The translations under genes were made by a program, and so were the position numbers. Below, piece by piece: positions 48,612 through 57,237 of a stretch of DNA of 64,000 nucleotides. The DNA lies in the NCBI GenBank assembly GCA_963699245.1, contig OY969426.1, forward strand, positions 133,494 to 197,493, read 5' to 3'. The number at the start of each line of letters is the position of its first letter. The stretch's first letter is position 1. The notes below the pieces were generated by a model that saw only the letters and a program-made list of their open reading frames with translations, had not been told where the DNA came from and made no database searches. Origin of the DNA: Thermoanaerobaculia bacterium. Its GTDB lineage: Bacteria; Acidobacteriota; Thermoanaerobaculia; Multivoradales; JAGPDF01.

Positions 48612-48764
48612 GGTGACCTCCCGAAGAGGGGCTGATGCCCCGTTTGCAGGTTAGGGGGAGCCCTCCGCCGGGGCGCCGCGCCGCGGCCCGGGAGTCGATA
48701 CCACCCGGCGGGGTGAAGCGGCGTAGGATTTTCGCCGTCGGCGCAATCACAAAGGGGGAACGCC

Positions 48765-49058
48765 ATGTACATCGTCCGCAACATCTTTCACACCAAGCCG
48801 GGCAAGGCGAAGGAGCTGGTCGCGAAGTTCAAGGCGGCGGCGCCGCACTTCCGCGAGCTCGGGATCCACAACACGCGCATCCTCACCGACGCGGTGGCCG
48901 GCTTCTGGACCGTGGTCGTCGAATCCGAGGTCGAGGACATGAACCACTACTTCGAGGGCCTCGAGCGGCGGGGACCGAACGACGCCGTGCGCAAGGCGCT
49001 CGACGGTTACATGGAGCTCGTTCAGGGCGGCAGCCGCGAGGTCTTCCACCTCGAGTAG
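48765..49058 (+). CDS. small alpha/beta protein (NIPSNAP/ABM-like dimeric alpha-beta barrel), hypothetical
   Basis: 97-aa ORF following AAGGGGGAA. MYIVRNIFHTKPGKAKELVAKFKAAAPHF..GFWTVVVESEVEDMNHYFEGL. Confidence 0.55.
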   Translation: MYIVRNIFHTKPGKAKELVAKFKAAAPHFRELGIHNTRILTDAVAGFWTVVVESEVEDMNHYFEGLERRGPNDAVRKALDGYMELVQGGSREVFHLE

Positions 49059-49232
49059 AGCCGGGCAGCGACCGGGCCCGCTCCAGCCGTCGCCGCGCCG
49101 GCGGCGCGATCACTCCCGCCCGGCCGGGCGGCGCGGCAGGGCGGGTCTCTCTCGCATGCTGCGCCGAGTTCCTGCTGACAGGCCTGGCTGGCGGAGCGCA
49201 CAGCGCTTCGGCGGCGGCCGAGGAGAGCGCCG

Positions 49233-49727
49233 ATGGATGCCGACACTCGCCGGGAAGCACCCTCGGAGCCGGAGCGGTCCGCGCCTTCCCGGCGCACGGT
49301 TCTCGACCTGCTGCTCGGGAGCGCGCTGCTCGCCTGGGTCGGAACGGTCGTCTATCCGGTAGTGCGCTACCTGTCGCCGCTGCGGGAGACCGGCGGCGCC
49401 GACGAAGTCGTTCTCGGCGACAAGAACAAGCACGACCTGCTCGACCAGGGTTTCGCCATCGTCGCGCTGGGAACCGCGCGCGTCCTGGTCTTCCGCGATC
49501 CGACCGGCAAGCTGAGGGCGACCTCGGCCAAGTGCACGCACGAGGGGTGCACCGTCCGCTACAAGGGGGACGAGGGGATCATCTGGTGCGCCTGCCACAA
49601 CGGCCGCTTCGACGTCGACGGACGCGTGCTCTCGGGACCCCCGCCGCGACCGTTGCAGGCCTTCAAGGCCAGCGGCAGTCTCGAGACGAAAGTCGTCATC
49701 ACGGCCGGTGAAGGGACCCCGACATGA
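49233..49727 (+). CDS. Rieske [2Fe-2S] subunit of a cytochrome bc-type complex
   Basis: Twin-arginine SRRTVLDLLLG plus a TM helix. Cluster boxes CTHEGC and CACHNGRF. Confidence 0.9.
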   Translation: MDADTRREAPSEPERSAPSRRTVLDLLLGSALLAWVGTVVYPVVRYLSPLRETGGADEVVLGDKNKHDLLDQGFAIVALGTARVLVFRDPTGKLRATSAKCTHEGCTVRYKGDEGIIWCACHNGRFDVDGRVLSGPPPRPLQAFKASGSLETKVVITAGEGTPT

Positions 49728-52700
49728 GCGGCCCCGGCGATCCGGTTCCCGCGGTCGCCCCGGCGTCGCCTGCCGAGCGCCCGTCCGGCTCCCTCGGAGC
49801 GGCGTGGCGCTGGCTCGACGAGCGGCTGAATCTCTCGGCGCTGGTCGCCTTCGCCGGCCACAAGGAAGTTCCGGTCGGCGCCCACTCGATGCTCTGGTAC
49901 TACCTCGGCGGCGTCACGATGTTCTTCTTCATGGTCCAGATCGGGACCGGCATCCTGTTGCTGATGTACTACCAGGCGGGCGAATCGACCTCGTACGAGA
50001 GCATGCGCTACATCGTCACCCAGGTGCCGTTCGGGTGGCTGGTGCGCTCGGTGCACTGCTGGTCGGCGCACCTGATGGTGGCGTCGCTGCTGGTGCACAT
50101 GTGGAGCGTCTTCTTCCTGCGCGCTTACCGCAAGCCGCGCGAGCTCACCTGGCTGACCGGCATCGCGCTGTTCGGCGTCACGCTGGGCTTCGGCTTCTCG
50201 GGCTACCTGCTGCCCTGGAACGAGCTCTCGTTCTTCGCCACCGCGGTCGGCACCGACTCGGTCAAGTCGATCCCGGTGGTGGGGGAGTGGCTGCTGCGGG
50301 TGATGCGCGGCGGCGACGAGGTCTCGATCCGCACCCTCTATCGCTTCTTCGCGCTCCACGTCTGCCTGCTGCCGATCACCACCTTCGCCATCGTCGGCGT
50401 CCACCTCGCGCTGATCCAGAAGCAGGGGATGGCGCCGCCGCTGCACGACCCCGCCAAGCCGGCTCCGGCGCGGCGGGGCATGCCCTTCTTTCCCAACTTC
50501 GTGCTGCGCGACCTCCTGCTCTGGATGCTGGCGCTCAACGTGCTGGCTCTCCTCGCGGCGCTGCTGCCGCACGGGCCCGGCATCCCCGGCTTCGAATGGG
50601 AGCTCGGCACCAAGGCCGATCCGCTCAAGCCCGCCTACCCGGGGATCAAGCCCGAGTGGTACTTCCTCTGGGTGTACCAACTGCTCAAGGAGTTTCCCGC
50701 TCACTTCCTCGGGCTCGAGGGACCGCAGGCCTGCCTGCTGGTCGTCAACGTCCTGCTCGTTCTCTGGGCGCTCGTCCCCTTCCTCGACCGCGCCGCGGCG
50801 CGCGGCCGCTCGAGCGCGCTCTTCACCGACTACGGCGTCGGCATCCTCCTCTTCCTGGCCTTCCTCATGCTCAAGGCCTGGGACGTGGGCGTCAGCGCGG
50901 CGCCGGGGGTCGATCCGGGCGCCGATCCGCTGTCGGCGGCGACGATCGCGCGCACGGCGGCGAGCTGGACGATCGGGCTCGGCCTCGTGGTGACCGCGCT
51001 GCGCGCCTGGCTGCGCGGGCACCGGGATTTCCGGATCACCGGCATCGTCCTGCTCCAGGCAGGCCTGCATGGCTACGCCGGCGTTTCGTACCTGATGGCC
51101 GGGGGAGTCGCGCTGGCGCTGGTGGCCGTCGTCCTCGTCGGCGTCTGGCGGCGGGGGGGTGCGGTGGCCGCGGTCGTCCTCGCCGCGCTGCTGGCCTGGC
51201 CCGGCGGCGCGCGCGCGCAGTCCGCGCCGCCGGCGCCGGCCGAGGCCGCGGCGCCTTCGCCGGGGGCGGCGGGCGGCAGCCTGCCCGAGAAGGACTGGCC
51301 GGCGGCCTTCAGGCAGCTGCTCGCGGCGCAGAAGGACGGCAAGCCGATCGTCTCGGAGCGCGGACTGCAGCGCTTCCGGGACCTCCCTTCCTATGCCCAG
51401 GAGGCCTTCTTCTCGGCCCAGACCCGCGAGCTCCTCGACACGCCCGAGCAGCTCGCCGACCTCCTCTCGCTCGACATCGCCGACGAGCACGTCGAGCTCC
51501 TGCTGGCCGACAACTGCGTTCTCTGCCACACCAATCGCAACTGGCAGAGCGACGACGCGCTCTTCCGCCTCCGCGACGATCCGGCCGATCCCAACCGGCA
51601 CCTCGACCTGCGCGAGGTGGTCTCCGACGTCCACCTGCGGCGCGGCCTCTCCTGCTCGGGATGCCACGGCGGCAATCCCACCGATCCCGAAATGTCGCAG
51701 GAGGTCTACGACCACTGGCCGGAGCGCGCGAAGCGCAAGGCGGACCGGAGCTGGATCCCCGGCTTCTGCGCCGAGAAATGCCACAGCTCGGCGGCCTTCA
51801 TGCGGCGGTTCAATCCGGCGCTGCCGATCGACCAGCTGCTCAAGTACCGCGAGAGCCGGCACGGCGTCGCGCTGCTCGTGCGCCACGACTCGGACGCCGC
51901 GCAGTGCGTGAGCTGCCATGGCGTGCACGGCATCCGGCGGCCGAACAGCCCGCAGTCGACGGTCTTCCCCAAGAACATTCCGAACACCTGCGGCAAGTGC
52001 CACGCCGATCCGAAGCACATGCAAGGGCACCTGCTCGACGACGGCAAGACCCAGATCCCGACCAACCAGCTCGAGCAGTACAGCAAGAGCGTGCACGGCA
52101 AGGCTCTCCTCGAGAAGAACGACCTCGGCGCGCCGGTCTGCAACGACTGTCACGGCAACCACGCGGCGATGCCGCCGGCAGTGGCGTCGGTGTCGCAGAT
52201 CTGCCGCAACTGCCACGTCGAGAACGGCAAGCTCTTCGACGGCAGCCCCCACAAGAAGGCCTTCGAGAGCCACGGCTGGCCGGAGTGCGAGGTCTGTCAC
52301 GGCAAGCACGAGATCGAGCGCCCCAGCGATGCCATGCTCGGCACCGGTCCCGGCAACGTCTGCGCGAGCTGCCACGAGAAGTTCGGCAAGCCGATCTGCA
52401 ACGAGACGGCGCAGCACTTCCACGACGACATCGCGCGGCTGCAGGGCGAGCGGGACCTCGCGCTGAGCGAAGTCGAGCGCGCCGAGGGCGCCGGGCTCGA
52501 TCTCGCCGAGGTCCGCTTCGGGCTGCAGGCGGTCGACGACACGCTGGTCGACGTGCGCGCCAAGATCCACGCCTTCAACCGCTCGGAGTTCGACAAGGCG
52601 GCGAAGAAGGGCTTCGACCAGGTCGCCGAAGCTCGCGCGACGATCAGCGCCTCGCAGAAAGAGCACCACGAGCGCCGGATCGGCCTCGGGATCTCGACCC

Positions 52701-52789
52701 TGATCGTCTCGCTCGTCGCCGGCCTGCTCTACCTCAAGATCCGGGACCTCGACCGCCGCGCCGGCATCGCCGGACCGAAGGAGCCCTGA
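49724..52789 (+). CDS. cytochrome b (b6 + subunit-IV-like) fused to a periplasmic multihaem (8 CXXCH + 1 CX3CH) cytochrome c
   Basis: ATGA overlap with the Rieske gene. Haem-b ligand helices RSVHCWSAHLMVASLLVHMW and FFALHVCLLPITTFAIVGVHLALI. PEWYFLW motif. Extra TM helices. Then CVLCH, CSGCH, CAEKCH, CVSCH, CGKCH, CNDCH, CRNCH, CEVCH, CASCH. C-terminal coiled coil plus a TM anchor. Confidence 0.85.
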   Translation: MSGPGDPVPAVAPASPAERPSGSLGAAWRWLDERLNLSALVAFAGHKEVPVGAHSMLWYYLGGVTMFFFMVQIGTGILLLMYYQAGESTSYESMRYIVTQVPFGWLVRSVHCWSAHLMVASLLVHMWSVFFLRAYRKPRELTWLTGIALFGVTLGFGFSGYLLPWNELSFFATAVGTDSVKSIPVVGEWLLRVMRGGDEVSIRTLYRFFALHVCLLPITTFAIVGVHLALIQKQGMAPPLHDPAKPAPARRGMPFFPNFVLRDLLLWMLALNVLALLAALLPHGPGIPGFEWELGTKADPLKPAYPGIKPEWYFLWVYQLLKEFPAHFLGLEGPQACLLVVNVLLVLWALVPFLDRAAARGRSSALFTDYGVGILLFLAFLMLKAWDVGVSAAPGVDPGADPLSAATIARTAASWTIGLGLVVTALRAWLRGHRDFRITGIVLLQAGLHGYAGVSYLMAGGVALALVAVVLVGVWRRGGAVAAVVLAALLAWPGGARAQSAPPAPAEAAAPSPGAAGGSLPEKDWPAAFRQLLAAQKDGKPIVSERGLQRFRDLPSYAQEAFFSAQTRELLDTPEQLADLLSLDIADEHVELLLADNCVLCHTNRNWQSDDALFRLRDDPADPNRHLDLREVVSDVHLRRGLSCSGCHGGNPTDPEMSQEVYDHWPERAKRKADRSWIPGFCAEKCHSSAAFMRRFNPALPIDQLLKYRESRHGVALLVRHDSDAAQCVSCHGVHGIRRPNSPQSTVFPKNIPNTCGKCHADPKHMQGHLLDDGKTQIPTNQLEQYSKSVHGKALLEKNDLGAPVCNDCHGNHAAMPPAVASVSQICRNCHVENGKLFDGSPHKKAFESHGWPECEVCHGKHEIERPSDAMLGTGPGNVCASCHEKFGKPICNETAQHFHDDIARLQGERDLALSEVERAEGAGLDLAEVRFGLQAVDDTLVDVRAKIHAFNRSEFDKAAKKGFDQVAEARATISASQKEHHERRIGLGISTLIVSLVAGLLYLKIRDLDRRAGIAGPKEP

Positions 52790-52822
52790 AGGTATCGCGA
52801 GCGAGGGTGCGGCGCGGCGGCG

Positions 52823-54583
52823 TCAGGGCGCCGCCGCGGGCGCCGCGTCGCGCCGCAGCCGGCGCGCCAGCGCGGGCACCACGATCAGCGCCGCGCCGTA
52901 GAGCGCCAGGCTGAAGACGAGGTGCGCGGCGCCGGCCACGCGAAGGTCCTCGAGCGCCAGCTTGATGCCGCCCAGCGCGAGGACGAACCAGGCCAGTCGA
53001 ACGAGCTCGTGGCGTCGCAGCGCCACCGCGGTCCCGGTGAGCGCGATCGCCGCGGCGGCGAGCACCGCGCTGCGCAGGGCGGCGAGGATGCCGGCGCTGG
53101 CGCCCGGACCCGGCGCGTTGGCGAGCGCGCTTCCCGCCAGACGCACGACGAGGCCGCCGACGCCGAGCAGGGCGACGGAGAGAGCGGCGACTCGGGAGGC
53201 GCGCGCCGCGACTTCCGCCGCGCCGCCCTGGGGAATCCGCCGATAGAGCAGCGCGGCGGTCGCGGCGGCGAGGGCGAGAACGGCGAGCGGCGCCGCGCCG
53301 AGCTCCGGCCAGGGACCGGCGGCGCTGCGCGCCAGCGCGGCGACCGACGCCGCCAGGAGGCCGGAGACGATGGCGCCGGCGAGGGCGAGCAGGGCGGCGT
53401 GGACCTGCAGGATCGGTCGCTCGCCGCCCAGCGCGAGCACGCCGAGCGTCACCGCCGCGGCGAGCCAGATCGAGGCGGCGATGCCCGCCGGCAGCAGCAC
53501 CCGCACACCCTCGGCGGCGAAGAAGGTCGCGACGGTCGAGAAGTAGCCCACCGCGAGGCCGTGGCCGAAGCGCTGCTCGCTGCGGCGGGCGAGCAGGCCG
53601 TGCAGCACCGCGCCGGTCAGCAGCGCGGCGATCGCCAGCGCCGTGCGCGTGGCCGGCGCGCCGACCAGGAGCGCGCCTTCGAAGCCGATGACGAGCGCGG
53701 CGGCGGTCTGCACGATCGCGAACGGCGTCACGTCGCGCGACTGCACGAGCAGCCGCAGCACGAAGGCGCCGAGATAGATCGCGACCAGCCCGATCTGCAG
53801 CACCAGAACCGACCGCAGGTCGATCCACGCCGTCGTCTCGCGCCCGGTCAGCTTCAGCACGCCGATCATGAGGACGACGACGTCGACGCCGATCGCCACC
53901 AGCCAGCGCTGCCCGCGCCAGCCGCGGCGGTAGGCGAGGACGAGCGACGCGACGGCGAGCCCGAGGAGCACCGCCCCGAAGGGAACGGGGCTGCGAGTGC
54001 GGAAGAGCAGCAGTGTCGCCGTCGCCAGAGCCGCGATCTGCTGGATCCAGGCGACGGTCCGGAAGTCGCGCCGCCAGGCCACCGCGAGGCCGGCCGCGCT
54101 GGCGACGGCGAGCAGGACCGCCGCGGGAGCCGGTGCCAGGAGCCCGAGCCGGGTCGGCGCTTCGAGCAGGAGGGGGTAGACGATGAGCGCCGATGCGAGG
54201 GCGTGGAACGTGCCGCCGAGGGCCTGGCCGCGCGCCGCGGCGCGGTCGGCCAGGACGAGCCAGACCAGCGCATAGGCGACGCCGAGCGCCACGCCGAGGC
54301 CGGCCGAGAGAGTCCCCGACTCCGCCAGCGATCGCACCAGGAAGGCGCCGCCCATCACCACGAACGTGCGCCCGGCGAGAGCGGGAACGCCCTGCAGGCG
54401 CTCGAGGCTGGGCAGGTGAACCTGTTCGACCGGCGCGGGAGCGGCGGCCGCGGCCAGCGGCTTCCCGGCCGGCATGACGGCTCCGGCCGCCCGCCCTTCG
54501 ATCGCGTCGAGCCGCGCGGCGAGTGCGGTGACCGTCTGCTCCAGCTCGGCGAGCCGGGTGACGACGTTCGACGGATCGGTCAT
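52823..54583 (-). CDS. polytopic membrane protein, DUF2339-like (N-terminal coiled coil + many TM helices)
   Basis: 586-aa ORF. MTDPSNVVTRLAELEQTVTALAARLDAIEG.., followed by many hydrophobic segments. The family call is from general architecture only. Confidence 0.6.
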   Translation of the reverse strand: MTDPSNVVTRLAELEQTVTALAARLDAIEGRAAGAVMPAGKPLAAAAAPAPVEQVHLPSLERLQGVPALAGRTFVVMGGAFLVRSLAESGTLSAGLGVALGVAYALVWLVLADRAAARGQALGGTFHALASALIVYPLLLEAPTRLGLLAPAPAAVLLAVASAAGLAVAWRRDFRTVAWIQQIAALATATLLLFRTRSPVPFGAVLLGLAVASLVLAYRRGWRGQRWLVAIGVDVVVLMIGVLKLTGRETTAWIDLRSVLVLQIGLVAIYLGAFVLRLLVQSRDVTPFAIVQTAAALVIGFEGALLVGAPATRTALAIAALLTGAVLHGLLARRSEQRFGHGLAVGYFSTVATFFAAEGVRVLLPAGIAASIWLAAAVTLGVLALGGERPILQVHAALLALAGAIVSGLLAASVAALARSAAGPWPELGAAPLAVLALAAATAALLYRRIPQGGAAEVAARASRVAALSVALLGVGGLVVRLAGSALANAPGPGASAGILAALRSAVLAAAAIALTGTAVALRRHELVRLAWFVLALGGIKLALEDLRVAGAAHLVFSLALYGAALIVVPALARRLRRDAAPAAAP

Positions 54584-54620
54584 CGCTGCGCCCCCTCTCC
54601 CGCCGGCTGGAGTCGTTCGC

Positions 54621-55817
54621 CTACGGCGTCGGCTCGACGGTCGTGCTCTCCTCGGCCGGTTCGTCCATCGGCGGCAGGATCTTGACCAGCACCCAGAGGA
54701 TGAGGAACGGCAGGACCATGACGACGAGCGCGGGCAGCAGCCCTTCGCGGGTCGCGAACCCCATCTTGTAGGTCGTGTAGCCGAGGAAGCTCTTCGAGAA
54801 GAGCTGGCCGCCGATCACCACGTTCCAGCGCATGGCGAAGATGCCGATCAGCGTCAGCGTCGCCGCCACGGTGTAGATCGCCCGGCGCGCCATGTCGGTG
54901 AGCCGCACGAGCTGCGTCAGCCCGAGCAGCAGGAGCGGCGCCAGGGTGCCCACGATGATCTGCAGGATGATCTGCGAGAAGAAGAGCCGCGTCTCGACCA
55001 TGAAGTTCAGCGTCTTCAGGGACTCGTCGGCCTCGTAGTTGCGGTGGATCAGGTCGAGCATCTCGAGACCGAAGTCGACCAGGAAGGCGTAGAAGAGGAA
55101 CTTGCCCATCGCGTCGAGGCAGGGCATGTTCAGCGGGATGCCGCGCGCCAGGCAGTAGACGATGTAGATGAGGAGCACCGCGGCGATGCCGGAGACGATG
55201 GCGGAGAAGAGGAAGACGATCGGCATCAGCGGCGTCGACCACCAGGGATTGGCCTTGATCGAGCCGAAGATGAAGCCGACGTAGCCGTGCAGCAGGAAGG
55301 CGGAGGGAATGCCGATCACGGTGATGAAGCGCCCCACCTTGTCGTCGATCTCGAGCGCCCGCGGGCTGACGTTGTACGAACCGAGGGTGAGCGCGCGGTA
55401 GAGGGTGCGCCGCAGGCCGGTCGTGCGTTGCGCCTGGTCGACGATGTAGGGGCGGAACTCGAGCCAGACCTCGATCACCAGCACCGCCATCAGGTACCAG
55501 AGGTAGACGAAGCCGAACATCGCCATGGCCGAGGTGCTGTGCGGCGTCAGGAACATCTCGATCGAGCGCTCGGGGTGCCCGAGGTGGAGCTGCAGCGGCA
55601 GCGGCGCCACCAGCAGGAAGGCGAGCGCGGTCAGCAGCGCCAGCCGGTAGGTCGGGCGGATCGCCTCGATGTTGAAGACGCGCTCGAGCGAGGCGAGGAT
55701 GAAGGCGCCGGCGACCAGGCCGGTGAGGAACGGATAGAGAACGATGAGCACGCTCCAGGCGAGCTCCATCTCGTTCGGGTACATGAAGCCTTCGATGCCG
55801 GGCGGCAGGGGATGCAC
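54621..55817 (-). CDS. NrfD/PsrC-family quinone-interacting membrane subunit
   Basis: 398 aa. ..MELAWSVLIVLYPFLTGLVAGAFILASL.., about 10 predicted TM helices, typical NrfD start. Confidence 0.85.
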   Translation of the reverse strand: MHPLPPGIEGFMYPNEMELAWSVLIVLYPFLTGLVAGAFILASLERVFNIEAIRPTYRLALLTALAFLLVAPLPLQLHLGHPERSIEMFLTPHSTSAMAMFGFVYLWYLMAVLVIEVWLEFRPYIVDQAQRTTGLRRTLYRALTLGSYNVSPRALEIDDKVGRFITVIGIPSAFLLHGYVGFIFGSIKANPWWSTPLMPIVFLFSAIVSGIAAVLLIYIVYCLARGIPLNMPCLDAMGKFLFYAFLVDFGLEMLDLIHRNYEADESLKTLNFMVETRLFFSQIILQIIVGTLAPLLLLGLTQLVRLTDMARRAIYTVAATLTLIGIFAMRWNVVIGGQLFSKSFLGYTTYKMGFATREGLLPALVVMVLPFLILWVLVKILPPMDEPAEESTTVEPTP

Positions 55818-55830
55818 GGTCGTCTCTCCT

Positions 55831-56613
55831 TCAGCGCACGGCGCCGTCGAGGCCGTTGTAGTAGACCTTGGCGCCGGTGGCCATGTACGGCTTCAAGACC
55901 TGCACGGTATGGGTCCGCAGCAGCCCGTGGATCGGGTCCTTGGGGTTCTTGAGATCGCCCAGCAGGCGCGCTCCGGTCGGGCAGACCTCGCAGCAGGCCG
56001 TCGTCAGGCCCTTGGTGATGCGGTGGTAGCAGAGGTTGCACTTGTCGACGGTGTTGGTGCGCGGGTCGATGAAGCGGCAGCCGTAGGGGCAGGCCTGGAC
56101 GCAGTAGCGGCAGCCGATGCAGTACTTCTTGTCCACCATCACGACGCCGTCCGGCCCCTCGAAGGTGGCGCCCACCGGGCAGACCTGCGTGCAGGGCGAA
56201 TGCGAGCAGTGGTTGCAGAGCTTGGGAACGAAGAAGCTCTTGCCACCGGCTTCCTTGGAGTAGATCTCCGGGAAGCCGAAACGCCCGCCTTCGGGCGAGT
56301 CGACGACCGGCAGCAGCTCCTTCTTCGGGTCGAGCGGATCCGGCGGCGGGATGTAGTAGCGCTCCACCCAGGTGCGCGAGAAGTGCGCCTCGGGCGGCAC
56401 GTCGTTCTCCACCTTGCAGGCGTCGACGCAGCGGCCGCAGCCGATGCACTTCTCGATGTCGATGAACATCGCCCACCAGTGGCGGGTGATGTCGTAGCCC
56501 GGCGCTTCCTCGGGGCGCCCCTCTTCGATGAAGGCCCACGCCTTGGCGGCGGCGCCGGTCAGCAGGATGTACTTGCCGGTCGCGGAGAGGAACTGGCGGC
56601 GATCAAGGGTCAT
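55831..56613 (-). CDS. Tat-exported 4Fe-4S ferredoxin subunit (NrfC/PsrB/DmsB-like)
   Basis: ATG 56613 follows GAGGA. MTLDRRQFLSATG. Cys clusters CIGCGRCVDAC, CNHCSHSPCTQVC, CIGCRYCVQACP, CNLC..CCEVCP. Confidence 0.9.
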   Translation of the reverse strand: MTLDRRQFLSATGKYILLTGAAAKAWAFIEEGRPEEAPGYDITRHWWAMFIDIEKCIGCGRCVDACKVENDVPPEAHFSRTWVERYYIPPPDPLDPKKELLPVVDSPEGGRFGFPEIYSKEAGGKSFFVPKLCNHCSHSPCTQVCPVGATFEGPDGVVMVDKKYCIGCRYCVQACPYGCRFIDPRTNTVDKCNLCYHRITKGLTTACCEVCPTGARLLGDLKNPKDPIHGLLRTHTVQVLKPYMATGAKVYYNGLDGAVR

Positions 56614-56623
56614 GGTCTCGTCC

Positions 56624-57082
56624 TCATTGCGCCGGGGAGTGGGCGTCGTGGCACTCGGTGCAGGCGTTGCCCTCCGAGTGCGCCTCGACATCGACCTGCG
56701 GCTGTTTCTTCGGGCGCGCCTGGTTCTCGGCGTGGCAGCGTGAGCAGAGCGCCACGGCGTCGAGCTTGGCCGGCTTGACGTTGTCGGAATCGGCTGCGTG
56801 CGCGGCGAGCGCGCCATGGCACGACTCGCAGCCGACCCTGGCGTGGCTTCCCTTGGACAGCAAGGTGGCTTCCTCGCCGTGGCACTCGGTGCAGGCGGCG
56901 CGCCCGGCGTAGTTGAGGGGTCGCTTCTGGTTGTCCACGATCGCGCCGGTACGGAAATGGCCGTATTCGCCGAAGCCGGGCGGCACGAGCAGGGCCCGCA
57001 CGATCAGAAAAGCGATCGTGCCGGCGGCGAAGAGAATCGCCAGCCGCACCAGGTGTTCCGCATCCTTCAGGAGCCTCCGCAT
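56624..57082 (-). CDS. membrane-anchored tetrahaem cytochrome c (c3/NrfH-like size)
   Basis: N-terminal TM LVRLAILFAAGTIAFLIV. Four CXXCH motifs: CTECH, CESCH, CSRCH, CTECH. Confidence 0.85.
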   Translation of the reverse strand: MRRLLKDAEHLVRLAILFAAGTIAFLIVRALLVPPGFGEYGHFRTGAIVDNQKRPLNYAGRAACTECHGEEATLLSKGSHARVGCESCHGALAAHAADSDNVKPAKLDAVALCSRCHAENQARPKKQPQVDVEAHSEGNACTECHDAHSPAQ

Positions 57083-57237
57083 AGCGGCCCTCCGCGCAGG
57101 TTTTCGTGTGCGGCAAACCTAGGCGGCGCCTGTCGAACGATCAACGGCCCGGAGGGTGGGAGGTCCTCGCCCCCCGGATGGGTGGTGCGGGACCTCGTGC
57201 TAGCGTCGAGAGCAATCTGACATCTCTGGAGGTGGCC

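Noticed and set aside
49077-49202. Possible long-range pairing CCCGCTCCAGCC / GGCTGGCGGAGCG in the Rieske 5' leader, and its resemblance to the CCCGCTCCACC arm at 45527.
   Set aside because: The pairing needs a bulge and spans about 100 nt. The similarity to the other site is only about 9 nt. I cannot distinguish this from chance in GC-rich DNA without folding or covariation analysis.
57098-57120. Inverted repeat AGGTTT-N11-AAACCT in the divergent promoter region between the tetrahaem cytochrome gene and the 971-aa protein gene.
   Set aside because: It has only 6-bp arms with a long spacer. That is compatible with chance, and it matches no regulator consensus I can name.
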